64,000 bases of DNA from Picochlorum sp. SENEW3 (Eukaryota): NCBI GenBank assembly GCA_034226945.1, contig CP120458.1:124001-188000 (forward strand), written 5' to 3'. A program made the position numbers and the translations under genes. This document shows positions 43,956 through 54,345 of the stretch, one piece after another. The notes under the pieces were generated by a model, which saw only the letters and a list, made by a program, of their open reading frames with translations, was not told where the DNA came from and made no database searches. The stretch's first letter is position 1. Every line of letters starts with the position of its first letter.

Positions 43956-44843
43956 TCAGTTTTTCAACGGTGCAAGGCCCAAACTTGCACGAAGTGCGTT
44001 TGTTTCCTCCACTGACATGGATGCTTCGGTGCCGCTGCGCGCCCCAGCATCAGCTCTATGATCACCATATACTTCTCCTTCTTCTTTTGCATCATCTCGA
44101 TACGAGCTTCGATCCCTTTTTCTCGTGGAAGGAGTGTCTCTGCTACTACCATTCTTGTTGCTCTGCAATCTCCATTTCTCCCTCTTCCGTTTCGATTCCG
44201 AAAATTCGTACATAATCAACCCCGAATCTGCTAGCCTTTCTCTCGCTTCTTTCTTAAATATCTCAATCTTGGCGTCGAATTCATCCTGCATCTGAGACAC
44301 CCTCGGCCCAGCAAGCTGCCCTGTAGTTTCCAGCACCCCTCTTTCCTGCAGTCGGGGCAGGGCAATGTTGAATAAATAATCTCGCGTCAGCATCTGATCA
44401 ATTATATCATCTATAAACGTCAACTCAAAAGATCCATCGGGCTTTCTCAATCGTATCCTGCGGTAATCGTTCAACAGAGGTTCCAAGTACTGATATACCT
44501 CTTGGGACCTTCCCACAAGTCTCATGTAGAAAGCACCCAGTACCCGAAGGTACTTGAACTCATCATTACGGATGTATTCTAACACTATATCCTTATCTGG
44601 CTGTATCTGTAACAGTTTGAGGACCAGACAGATGAATTCTGTAGGCTTTTGAGGCTCACCAAACATGCCTCCAATAAATCGCAGTTCAACGGCTTTGTCT
44701 ACCAAATCTTCTGCTGAAAGTCCGAAACAATACTGTTTCCAGTATAATGAATCGTATATTTTCTGTCTCATGATGTATTCTATGAGATTTTGAGGATTGG
44801 TTCCGTGAACGGATGTTGCAAACTTGTCTGTTGAATTCGCCAT
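43956..44843 (-). CDS. PRP38: Pre-mRNA splicing factor PRP38A
   Basis: MANSTD..SVHGTNPQNLIEYIMRQKIYDSLYWK..CFGL, FKYLRVLGAFYMRL, LEPLLNDYRRIR, and a C-terminal SVEETNALRASLGLAPLK. Confidence 0.95.
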   Translation of the reverse strand: MANSTDKFATSVHGTNPQNLIEYIMRQKIYDSLYWKQYCFGLSAEDLVDKAVELRFIGGMFGEPQKPTEFICLVLKLLQIQPDKDIVLEYIRNDEFKYLRVLGAFYMRLVGRSQEVYQYLEPLLNDYRRIRLRKPDGSFELTFIDDIIDQMLTRDYLFNIALPRLQERGVLETTGQLAGPRVSQMQDEFDAKIEIFKKEARERLADSGLIMYEFSESKRKREKWRLQSNKNGSSRDTPSTRKRDRSSYRDDAKEEGEVYGDHRADAGARSGTEASMSVEETNALRASLGLAPLKN

Positions 44844-44887
44844 TGTATGTAACAATTTACTCTATGCCTATTTGAAAACAAATTATA

Positions 44888-46603
44888 TTATTCAATTGGG
44901 TCGTCGTCTTCAGGTATTGATATTTTGGAAACGTGCTGCAGGGGCGTGGCCATTTGGGTCAGATGGCTGTCCTGTTGCTGCTGGATGGGAGCATCATGGT
45001 TGATATGAACAGACACAGATCCCTGCCAATACCTTTCCCATTGTTCCGGCTGCTGATACGTCTCAATAGATTTTCTATGCGCAATGACCCTTATGTTTGG
45101 CAGCATTTCTGAGGCCATGGCTTGATGGTTGGTCAGGTCCATGGACCCTCCCCAAAGGACTCTGTTGATGGAACAAGCTCGTTTCAATCTGTCCAAGTTT
45201 CTGCGCCTTGATGATTCTACCTTGAAACATGCGGGTGCTTTCAAAGGCTTCCAGGATCTAGGGGCGGGATGAGAGTTCCAGAAGCAAATGCCGCGTGATG
45301 AAACCATGGATGCCATGAGATCAGAGAGGCCTCTGGAACCATCAGGATCATCCTCCACCCCATAGTATGGCGTACTGTCTCTTCGATGTGCTAGAATATC
45401 AGCTTCACATAGTTGATTAAGACATTGTGATGCATCCTCGATATGGGCATCGTCAATGAACGCGAGGATATTTTCATGTAGGAAGGCAGTGACGGATGGT
45501 CCAGATAGGCCTGATGCATGGACTGTGTCCTCTGGGTCAAAACCGTCCATACGGGGTCGCTTCATCCATTCTTCTAGATACGATGGCTGATTTTCAGCGA
45601 TATCGTCGTTCGACTCGCATCTCTTATTGTACAAAAGCTTTCCTAGTCCGTGGAAAATGCTAAGAGATGAATCTCTCAGCATGTGGGATAAGAGCTCATG
45701 CATAGTCCCTTGTTCGTCTGGCGCGTTCTGTTTAGCTCTTCTTCTTCGCTTCTTCGCTCCTACGTTCTCATGCACACCGGACATCATCATCTTGCCTGCG
45801 CAGGCAAATTGCAAGCTCAGAATAGCACTGCTCAAATCACCCTGTGACTGCTCTGCAATTGTTTGTAATTCTGACTTTGTGATCCTGCCCTGGACGCCTT
45901 CATTTTCAGCGATAATACCCAACTGTTTCACAATAGTTGTCTTGGGTATTGCGTTAAGCGAGATTTTTGTGGGGCTGAACCTTTCCAAAGAAGACAACAA
46001 CGCCAAGGGTACTGATGCAGTTTCCCACCCATCCCTAGCAACTGAACTCTGCTGTTCGGTATCCCTTGATGAAGCTTCCGTCACCACTACAATCACTTTT
46101 GGAGCTCTTGCAAGAAGATTCATTGTCGCTTCGATCATTCTTCTCATTTGATCAGATCCAACAACAGTTGGAACATCATCCAACAGAATGAGGTGCTGTC
46201 TCCCTTTCCCGTGTGTTCCTAATACTGGCATCCATGCTTTTGCACAGAATGATTCATATGCGTCTAGTTTTGATTCATACCAATGTTCTGCTTGATTCTG
46301 TGTGTGAGACGCTCGGACACACTCGGCCCATGGCATTTGTACTTTGGAGACATACTCAATTGCCTCCCACCCATTTTCTGCAGTGAGAGCCTTGACCATG
46401 GCAGACTTGCCGCACCCTGCCGGCCCTGACAAAATACACAATTTGTCTGCACGAGTATTCAGCCAGCACATAAGTTCTTCCACCTTATTCCTCCTCACAG
46501 CCAAATCATGCCTACTCTGTGGGGCGTATTTGTCTGTCCACAGCCTCAGGTCCTGGTCTGCAGCCATGGCACTGCGAATAGATGCGGCGTATCTCTTGGA
46601 CAT
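44888..46603 (-). CDS. RAD17: Checkpoint clamp loader RAD17
   Basis: LWTDKYAP..DLAV..KV, LSGPAGCGKS, GDLSSAI.SLQF and RDSSLSIFHGLGKLLYNKR. Confidence 0.9.
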   Translation of the reverse strand: MSKRYAASIRSAMAADQDLRLWTDKYAPQSRHDLAVRRNKVEELMCWLNTRADKLCILSGPAGCGKSAMVKALTAENGWEAIEYVSKVQMPWAECVRASHTQNQAEHWYESKLDAYESFCAKAWMPVLGTHGKGRQHLILLDDVPTVVGSDQMRRMIEATMNLLARAPKVIVVVTEASSRDTEQQSSVARDGWETASVPLALLSSLERFSPTKISLNAIPKTTIVKQLGIIAENEGVQGRITKSELQTIAEQSQGDLSSAILSLQFACAGKMMMSGVHENVGAKKRRRRAKQNAPDEQGTMHELLSHMLRDSSLSIFHGLGKLLYNKRCESNDDIAENQPSYLEEWMKRPRMDGFDPEDTVHASGLSGPSVTAFLHENILAFIDDAHIEDASQCLNQLCEADILAHRRDSTPYYGVEDDPDGSRGLSDLMASMVSSRGICFWNSHPAPRSWKPLKAPACFKVESSRRRNLDRLKRACSINRVLWGGSMDLTNHQAMASEMLPNIRVIAHRKSIETYQQPEQWERYWQGSVSVHINHDAPIQQQQDSHLTQMATPLQHVSKISIPEDDDPIE

Positions 46604-46671
46604 TCTACTTCTCTATAGTTGCTTTCGTCTCTGTATTATCTGGTTGGTCTAGCAGTCTACTGGCTTCACTG

Positions 46672-47120
46672 CTAGTCTTGAGAATGTGGCAAATGGAATA
46701 CTCGCTTCAACGCCTGGGCTACACTGCGCGCAGGTCTCTTCTGCGGAACACTGACACTCTCCCGCAGAACACCCTGGTTGTACACTAAAAACATGGGAAT
46801 CACACACACATCTTGAGGCAAAACTTCCGCATCGTCCACAGATTCAACATCGATCGAATAAAAGCCTATTCCATCACTCCTGTATTCCTCAGGAAACCCT
46901 TCGACTTTCGGCTCTACTTGCTTGCACCTGAAACAGCTGCCACCGAAAACATACATCGTGTTAGCAATATACATGACATAACAGTCACACTGAGATAGAA
47001 GGCCTACCTTTTGCCCGTGCAGAAACAAACCACTCGTTCCTGCCGCTCAACTGCTTCAAGCAACTGTGTCGCCTGCTTCAGAGGCGTCCAGGTTCTTCTT
47101 TCGTTATTCCCAATGGTATC
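46672..47120 (-). CDS. Thioredoxin-like protein, 2 exons (intron ~46939-47007), start not resolved
   Basis: Spliced VVCFCTGKS-CFRC-KQVEP (CxxC), FYSIDVE and VIPMFLVYNQG fit the thioredoxin fold. Confidence 0.6.
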
Positions 47121-47369
47121 CAGCTTTTTTATACACAATGTTGAAATATGGAATGATGTTCAAAGGCGAATCAGCGGGCAGATTGTCCGTCTGGCCAAAG
47201 TTTTAAATCTCCCAATTTTGAGCTTTGAATTCATATTTCGAAATAAAGGCGCCTGCATGCTCCATTTGTCCGCGTTTGTCTTGGAAAGAGTCAGTCTAGT
47301 ATCCACGAGAAAAATTAATGGCAACCGGAACCCCAAGGATCATTATATCGAGTCTTCGACAGTGAAAAG

Positions 47370-48083
47370 ATGAGTAGAAGAGGAGAGAAGAACTCGTCGT
47401 CGTCTTCCTCTCCTTCTTCTTCAAATATGGTATTATTCAAAGCAGAGAATGCCAAACTATACGCTATTCCACCTCGGGAGAATGTGAGGGGCTATGTCTC
47501 AGGCAATTGGAAACTGGATGACTGCATCTTCACAGGCTTGCTTCGAATAACAGAAGACCCTCTTCCTGAATCAGAAGGGGGTGGATATCAGGCAAGTATC
47601 CGGCTGGAAGATGTAGATGATGCAGGAAGTATCATCCTTTTTGCGCTATGTCCAGTGCCATATGGAGCAAGGCAGGCAGCCGTGGAGCCTGCTTGTGATT
47701 CCTCGAGAAATTTCGTGTTACGGATTGAAGACACAGAGTCAAAAAAGCATGCATTTGTAGGGCTTTCCTTTGATGATAGAAGTACTGCCTTTGACTTTAA
47801 TTTGTGCCTGACAGAACAGCAGAAATCAGAAGAACGGCGACGTTTGGCGGCCATATCAAGGAAGGAGTTACCGTCAACATCTGCCACAGCAGGGAAGGAT
47901 TTGTCCCTTAAACAGGGCGAGACTATCAAACTTGCGCTAAAAAAGCCGACCATCTCTAGCACATCAATGTCTTCTTCGAAGATGAACCCCGTATCACTTG
48001 ATCGTGGGCCCCAGTCTCGTCCAGTGGAGGAGAAGAGCAATGTGGTTGTTGCATCAGATGCATCTCAATGGCAAAAATTCTAA
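47370..48083 (+). CDS. NECAP / adaptin-ear-binding coat-associated protein
   Basis: LYAIPPR..GY...W, LFALCPV, VEPACDSSRNFVLRIED, AFVGLSFDDRSTAFDFN, DLSLKQGETIK and a terminal WxxF. Confidence 0.9.
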   Translation: MSRRGEKNSSSSSSPSSSNMVLFKAENAKLYAIPPRENVRGYVSGNWKLDDCIFTGLLRITEDPLPESEGGGYQASIRLEDVDDAGSIILFALCPVPYGARQAAVEPACDSSRNFVLRIEDTESKKHAFVGLSFDDRSTAFDFNLCLTEQQKSEERRRLAAISRKELPSTSATAGKDLSLKQGETIKLALKKPTISSTSMSSSKMNPVSLDRGPQSRPVEEKSNVVVASDASQWQKF

Positions 48084-48107
48084 CTTGATTGATTACAGTG
48101 TTGTATA

Positions 48108-49888
48108 TTAAGCATAGTCGTTTGGAACAATGATATCATCAATCTTCAGAATCATTTTGCAAACTTGTGTTGCAAGGAACATTTGCTGTCTCTTGCCAAT
48201 CAATGTTTCAAAAACATTCTGCTCCCTCATGTCATTTGTCCCTGCATCGACACAATCAATTCCCAAATACGGATTATTCTCGGCCAACTGCCTCGCTTTC
48301 ACCTCTGTAACACTATCAATCGGAGCTAAACCTGAATTCTCTGCCAGTGATAATGGAATAATATCCAGTGCATCTGCAAATGCTCTCATGCCATACTGCT
48401 CCACCCCAGCAACAGTGTCGGCCACAGCTTGTATAGCCAGAGAGCATGCCATCTCCGCAGCACCACCACCATACACCACATGATTATCGCGAACCAAGTT
48501 CCTTGAAACACATAATGCATCATGCAAAGAACGTTTTGTCTCTTCCACCACCATTTTATTACCTCCACGCACAAATATGGTGACTGCATTGGTGTTTGGG
48601 CATCCCTCAATCACCAACTGCTTATCATGCGTTGTTCCAAAACCCACTTCTCTTACCACTTTGGCAAATCCAAGCTTATCAACACTCAGCTCTTCAAACC
48701 TAGGCACAATCCTTGCTCCAGTTGCCAGAGCAAGCAGTTCTATTTCAACACCTCCGACCCAGCGAACAGCTGGCAAATTATGATGCATCAGCAAATGATT
48801 CGCTTCATCATCGAATCCCCATTGACATATAATCAAATCCGCTCCAGAATCTTTGCATTTCTGGACCATATCTCTGAAATATTGCTGCTCCTGCTCCCGA
48901 AGTGCCTCAAACTTCTCCACACTATCAATATCAATCTTGTGCTTGATCTTTGGCTTTGGAGGCTCAAACGGACACGTCAATATTGCAATCTTCACGTCCG
49001 TTAAAACCTTTGGCATCTGAGGGTGACTAAACTCCTTATCCAGCAGGATACCCTGCACAAGCGAGGAGTCCTCCAGCCTGCCACCAGATTTCCCCTCCAA
49101 CTTTATCAAATCCAAATTCACATCCTTCCTCTCAATATCAGCCACATCCAACACTGCATCCACACACATCTCTGCAAGACGCCTCTTACAACGCCCCACA
49201 ATCTTCGAAGACAGTGTCGTCATGCAGGTCTTCACCAAAGGCTCTGGTCTATCAGCTGTGAAATCAAACTCGGCACCAATCTCGTCCAGCTTGTCAATAG
49301 CCACTTTGCACGCCATCTCATACCCCTCTGCAATCCTCAAAGGATGAAGACCCTGATCCAGCAACCCCTCCGCATGTTCCAACAGGCTGCTGGCAAGAAC
49401 CACCACACCCGTAGTCCCATCCCCAATCTCCTGATCCTGAGACTTACTCAACTCCACCAACAACTTACCAATCTGATTCTCCACCTCCATCTGATCCAAA
49501 ATAGTTGCACCATCATTCGTAATAACCACGTCCCCATCCGAACTCTGCAACATTTTATCCATGCCCTTTGGACCCAAGGACGTCCTCAACACCCGAGACA
49601 CCGCCTTTGCAGCCTGAATATTCTGCTTCACCGCATCGATTCCCTTGACCCTTGACTTTTTCTCTTGCTCCTGGACAGATATGAATCAATGAATGAGAAT
49701 GAAGAATGAAAAACTGATTCAAGAAGTCAACATGAGCCATTCAACTAGTGTTCTTCTTATGTCACCCTTCCGTGCTCAAATCCCTTGGCTATCATGAATA
49801 ATAAGACATATATGTTTGATTGAAATATATGACAACGTACCCTGAGAATGATAAAGGGCCGCCCATACTCATCAAAGGCTAGAGACAT
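48108..49888 (-). CDS. CCT5: T-complex protein 1 subunit epsilon, 2 exons
   Basis: Exon 1 [16 protein letters not shown], then [29 protein letters not shown] and [13 protein letters not shown]. Confidence 0.97.
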
Positions 49889-50062
49889 GATCACCGATGT
49901 TCACGAGTATAACTACCTCTGTTGCATATATTTGTGTATTATGATTAATTTTACATATATTAATTAAGTACACTGGCAGGGATGCCTGTAGCATGAATAG
50001 TCTCAGGAACACATGGGATGTGATTCAAGCCAGCATGGATGCCTCTCTCTCTCTGGCTCTGG

Positions 50063-50177
50063 GGTGATAGCAGACCCATCCGAGGCATCATCCTCTCGTA
50101 CCACAACCTTTTGTCCTGTATGCATCCACGATGCATAATACTTTGATGCACATGGCTCAAAACCACGAGAGGCGAGC
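50063..50177 (-). pseudogene. Orphan 115-bp fragment of the biotin-protein ligase gene
   Basis: Ungapped match to 57110-57224 with 8 mismatches by my count; translates LASRGFEP...YYASWMHTGQKVVVREDDASDGS. Confidence 0.92.
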
Positions 50178-50436
50178 TTTTGGAAACCCAACATAGGAGA
50201 GCAGTGTGTATTTGAAATGAAATTTGGTCACATGCAAGAATATTGTAAATGTAAAATTATACATACCGGTACAAGAATAGATGTTGTGTACAGTTCTCAG
50301 TATAGAGATCAAATCACCGATTCATAATACACCCGTCGCTGTCATGTATGGACAAGAAAACGATATCAGCCAGAAGTAGTGGACTCAATTTTAGTGGAGG
50401 TCAAATTCAGACATTTTCTCCATGCAATGCCTCCGT

Positions 50437-51456
50437 TTAGCCTACATGGCGATGCTTACCATCATAGACAAATGAACGAGCTCTGAGAACAAATGAGCTC
50501 CACACCCGACTTTTTCTGAACCATTGAATATGCCTCAAGTATGCTGCCATGAGAGTGACAGGGATAACAATCTTGATTGTTATGGCTGCTATATTCTGTC
50601 CTTCCTGAATAGAGTACTCCATTCCCCTGACGCCAGACAAGATATCATCTTCGTCAACTATATCGAAAATATTGGGATCGTATTCAATTCCATCCTCGGC
50701 AAAATTTAAGCAGCGCTCCACTTGTGCTTCAGTCCACGAAGGAAAAGCATTGCACCTCTGCTTTAACTCTGGAATGATTTTTTTTTCTAAAAGACCTTGC
50801 AGATCATTCTGTTCTTCCTTTTGTTTCCTTTCTTCTTCTTCTTTTTGTTTCCTTTCTTCTTCCTCCTTTTGTTTCCTTTCTTCTTCTTCCTTTTGTTTCC
50901 TTTCTTCTTCTTCTTTTTGTTTCCTTTCTTCTTCCTCCTTTTGTTTCCTTTCTTCTTCTTCTTTTTGTTTCCTTTCTTCTTCTTCTTTTTGTTTCCTTTC
51001 TTCTTCTTCCTTTTGTTTCCTTTCTTCTTCTTCCTTTTGTTTCCTTTCTTCTTCTTCTTTTTGTTTCCTTTCTTCTTCTTCCTTTTGTTTCCTTTCTTCT
51101 TCTTCTTTTTGTTTCCTTTCTTCTTCTTCCTTTTGTTTCCTTTCTTCTTTTTCTTCCTCTTTTTCTCGACTGCCTCTCTCTTGAGGATCCTGCTGCATCT
51201 CTGGGACCTTTTGTTTGACGTTCTGCAAGAGCCGAGTACTCGCACTAGTGCGGGTTCTTTGCTTGATAGCAGCGTTCAGCTTCTCCTGCTCGATATCAAT
51301 CAATTTGACCTCGGTCACCGCTTGATGCAGTAAATTTTTTGATTTTGTTTTATGGGTAGAATCAATTGTTTGCCTTGCTGCCCAATTATCGATTCCACCC
51401 ACGGGTATAAAAGACGTCCAGGGGAAGCAAGCTAGTAAACATAGCATTCGTATCAT
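50437..51456 (-). CDS. Hypothetical membrane protein with charged (KQKEEEER)n repeat
   Basis: 339-aa intronless ORF with an N-terminal hydrophobic segment, a charged repeat and a C-terminal TM (IAAITIKIVIPVTLMAAYL). Confidence 0.6.
   Translation of the reverse strand: MIRMLCLLACFPWTSFIPVGGIDNWAARQTIDSTHKTKSKNLLHQAVTEVKLIDIEQEKLNAAIKQRTRTSASTRLLQNVKQKVPEMQQDPQERGSREKEEEKEERKQKEEEERKQKEEEERKQKEEEERKQKEEEERKQKEEEERKQKEEEERKQKEEEERKQKEEEERKQKEEEERKQKEEEERKQKEEEERKQKEEEERKQKEEEERKQKEEQNDLQGLLEKKIIPELKQRCNAFPSWTEAQVERCLNFAEDGIEYDPNIFDIVDEDDILSGVRGMEYSIQEGQNIAAITIKIVIPVTLMAAYLRHIQWFRKSRVWSSFVLRARSFVYDGKHRHVG
50812..51147 (-). repeat. 24-bp tandem repeat, ~14 copies, encoding EEEERKQK
   Basis: Directly visible (TTCTTCTTCYTTTTGTTTCCTTTC)n on the + strand. 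Confidence 0.95.
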
Positions 51457-51851
51457 TCTGGCCAGAGCTCCGAATCTATCTAGTCTACTTCACTAATAAT
51501 GATTCAACAAAAGTTGAAATACAGAGGAAGATGGGGATCAGAACAAAATTTTTGTGGCCATTCCTCCGCTTGCTGCAAGAAGGCACAAAAACGGTGAACT
51601 TGTGTTGTACGCTATGTTTAGGCTTCCTTCTGCAAAGATAGAATGTTTTCGATCAAATTTAAATCTATATATGTTTGTCATGTGCATGATCCGTATCCGC
51701 GACGTATGGGGAGAAATTTCACAAGGAAATCAGTCGCACTTTATGAAGATGACAATGATGTGCCTCTCGCCGGCGCCGGCCGCGGCCGGGGTCACACGCG
51801 CGTGTGTCATATGGTGCATACGCATACCACTGGCCACTAAGGGTATACCCT

Positions 51852-52124
51852 AGTAGCCGAGGCGCTCTGTGGAAAACGTAGACTGTGGCATGTAAGGAGT
51901 GAGTTTTTAGTGGGTGCAACCCCCACATCACCTGAGCCCACAGGCCGGCACCTGGGCATGCTTGGCCTCATGCACACGTGGTAGACTCCATCCGGTCAAG
52001 GTTCTCTTGATTCGGGAGCCCTGCTGGGAGGACCACCTGCATTTGAGACAGCAGGCCAACTCCGTGTCAGTAGTATTTTTGCACACCTTTGTATGCTTAC
52101 AGAACCAAAAAAAAAAAAAAGGAA
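51852..52124 (+). mobile_element. Retroposed insert (SINE or 5'-truncated non-LTR element) with poly(A) tail and 13-bp target-site duplication
   Basis: AAGGGTATACCCT occurs at 51839-51851 and 52125-52137, and an A14 tract at 52107-52120 lies just before the second copy. Confidence 0.7.
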
Positions 52125-52736
52125 AAGGGTATACCCTTACCCAAGTATGCATGTATTACATGATTTTATATCAAAGCTCCCTGACCAGGTTGCCTCTAGA
52201 TATCACTCAGCAACGAAGCAGTGATATTGGGAGCAAACTTGACAGTACCATGGATTTAAATCCAAATTTGCCATGGAGACATCAAGAGGACCACAGGGAG
52301 AGCCAGTGCTTGAATTATTATTCCAGGTGTCATTTGCCTGCAACGCTGCTGAGCAATCATTGGCCAAGTGTTGAGGCCGTGTGTAAATTTTTTTTGAAAA
52401 GCAATCCCTCCCATCTTTCTTCTGTAATAACACAAAACTGGAGCTAAACATGATCGATCTCTTCCAATAATAAAGAGAGTATGCTGGATGCTCGTGTTGC
52501 CCTGAATTGGAATGAGTTATCAGTGGAGATAACTGACAGACGAAAATATGATAATATAGGGCGAAACTTGAAGAAGTGTCTATCTGTGAGCTATCAAGAA
52601 GCATGTGTGGCCTGTTCCTCGATATCATGAGCTGGTGGAGAACACATTGGATTTCAATGCTGTAGACAATCTTATACAAATGACAGCCAGGGATCTTGCG
52701 AGATCGCCATGATGGATTTATTTCAAAAATTGGTAA

Positions 52737-53522
52737 GGGCGGATCAAGTCGATTGTGGGTTTTCTATTAGCCCCGCCCATAGGATTTTCTAAGAATTGGA
52801 CCTGATTTTGTAAAGTGATAATTTGAGCCAAATCCACCCTAAATGGGCTTTGAACAACCCTTGCGGTGCATTTAAGCATCCTACACGCCGACAAATGTCA
52901 TTAGGTACCCGGGGAAAGCCTCAATAATGATAAAATACGGCAGAGCCTGGATCTGCATCTCAGCTTCAGATCTGTCACAGAGACAACCTGAAGTGGGTCG
53001 ATTTCCAAGGACATTCCGAGCATAAAACATATTTGATACTTTTTGTAGATATTGAGTTAACAAATTGGGTTTGGGGCGAAGGAAACAGCTGAAATCACAT
53101 TGAATGCGAAGGGGCATGGTCAAAAGGAGTTTGAATTTTGCACTGTGTCGACATCTCTCTCGTATCTGGCGTGAAATCGAATGCCAAATGCAGATTCTGT
53201 ATATCTTGGTGTATCATGAGAGTATTTGGGGATGATGAACCTCTGAAAATTCCCAAGGGCTGTGGGGCACAAGGCTCGTACAGAGGACATGCTATGGACA
53301 GTGATCCAGGCAAGATTCCTCCACACAGGATCAGCCAAGCGACCATGTTTATTATGTTTGTGCACTAGGATATGCATACGCATTGATTCAGAGGTTTTAA
53401 GAGGCGATTGGATGCCAGCTTGGCACCTTTATCAAATTATCAATTATTAAAAGACGCCCCGCTCCCCCATAGGATTTTTTTGAAGTCACTAATAGAAAAC
53501 CCACAATCGAGTTGATCCGCCC
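52737..53522. mobile_element. PIF/Harbinger-type non-autonomous DNA transposon (MITE), 786 bp
   Basis: 34-bp TIRs GGGCGGATCAA[G/C]TCGATTGTGGGTTTTCTATTAG at 52737-52770 and 53489-53522 (1 mismatch), flanked on both sides by TAA. Confidence 0.85.
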
Positions 53523-54345
53523 TAAAAAAGATCATGCACCCGAGCCATAAAACAATTCGTCAATGACTTACTGTAACAGGAACTAGAAACATAGGAGGTG
53601 AAGCAGAATTGTTGCAGTTTATCTGGAACATATGTTCACCTCCTATGCATACTGTGATCCTGAACAATTGTCGGTACCACAATTACTCTAGAAAATTAAG
53701 AATGTTTCATTTATGTTGGTAGAGCAGTAAATCCATACGTGCCAGCAAAGAGCCCTTGCCCTGGTTTGCAAATGAAACCACAGCATGGCATGCCAACAGC
53801 ATGAGTTTGAATTCAAGGCCTTCGAATTCGAAGGCCTCGTCGGAAGATTTCTGTTGGAATCAAGTCCCCCTGGGGAATCCTAGAAGGATTGCATTTGATC
53901 CACTATCAATTTTTACTCGTCAAATGCACCCTCAAATCTCAAGCAAGTGATTTCACGTCATGACGTAAATATACGTCAACGCCCTGCATGCCCTATTTGC
54001 AGACCTGCACATTTAGAGTCTAGACAACCCCGATCGGGGATAGCCTCCGTACGGTGATCTCGCGATATCGCGATCGCTAAATTTTCAGTTGCCCTAGATG
54101 TCTCTTGTCGTAAAACTCTACATTCAGGTATAATGGACAATTATTGTTGGAAAGTTATTACTTTTTCCGTTGTCTCGAAGAGATATTCGACGACATCATA
54201 TATTTAGTCGCGGCATATTGCACCGCAGTATATACTGCTAGCAGAAACTCAACAGGCGAGGTCGCCGGCGCTTTTATAAGACTAATTAGGTGTTCATCCG
54301 CAAATTCTATATACTAGTATTGGTTCATAGTGGAATCGGTATTGG

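Noticed and set aside
50812..51147. CRISPR-like array
   Set aside because: The units are contiguous 24-mers with no unique spacers and encode an in-frame peptide repeat; there are no cas genes.
50672..51333. Alternative-frame ORFs (poly-F/S and poly-K)
   Set aside because: They are artefacts of the stop-free 24-bp repeat.
51853..51935. Functional tRNA gene
   Set aside because: Only a T-arm-like hairpin and a loose A box are present; I could not build an acceptor stem or anticodon arm.
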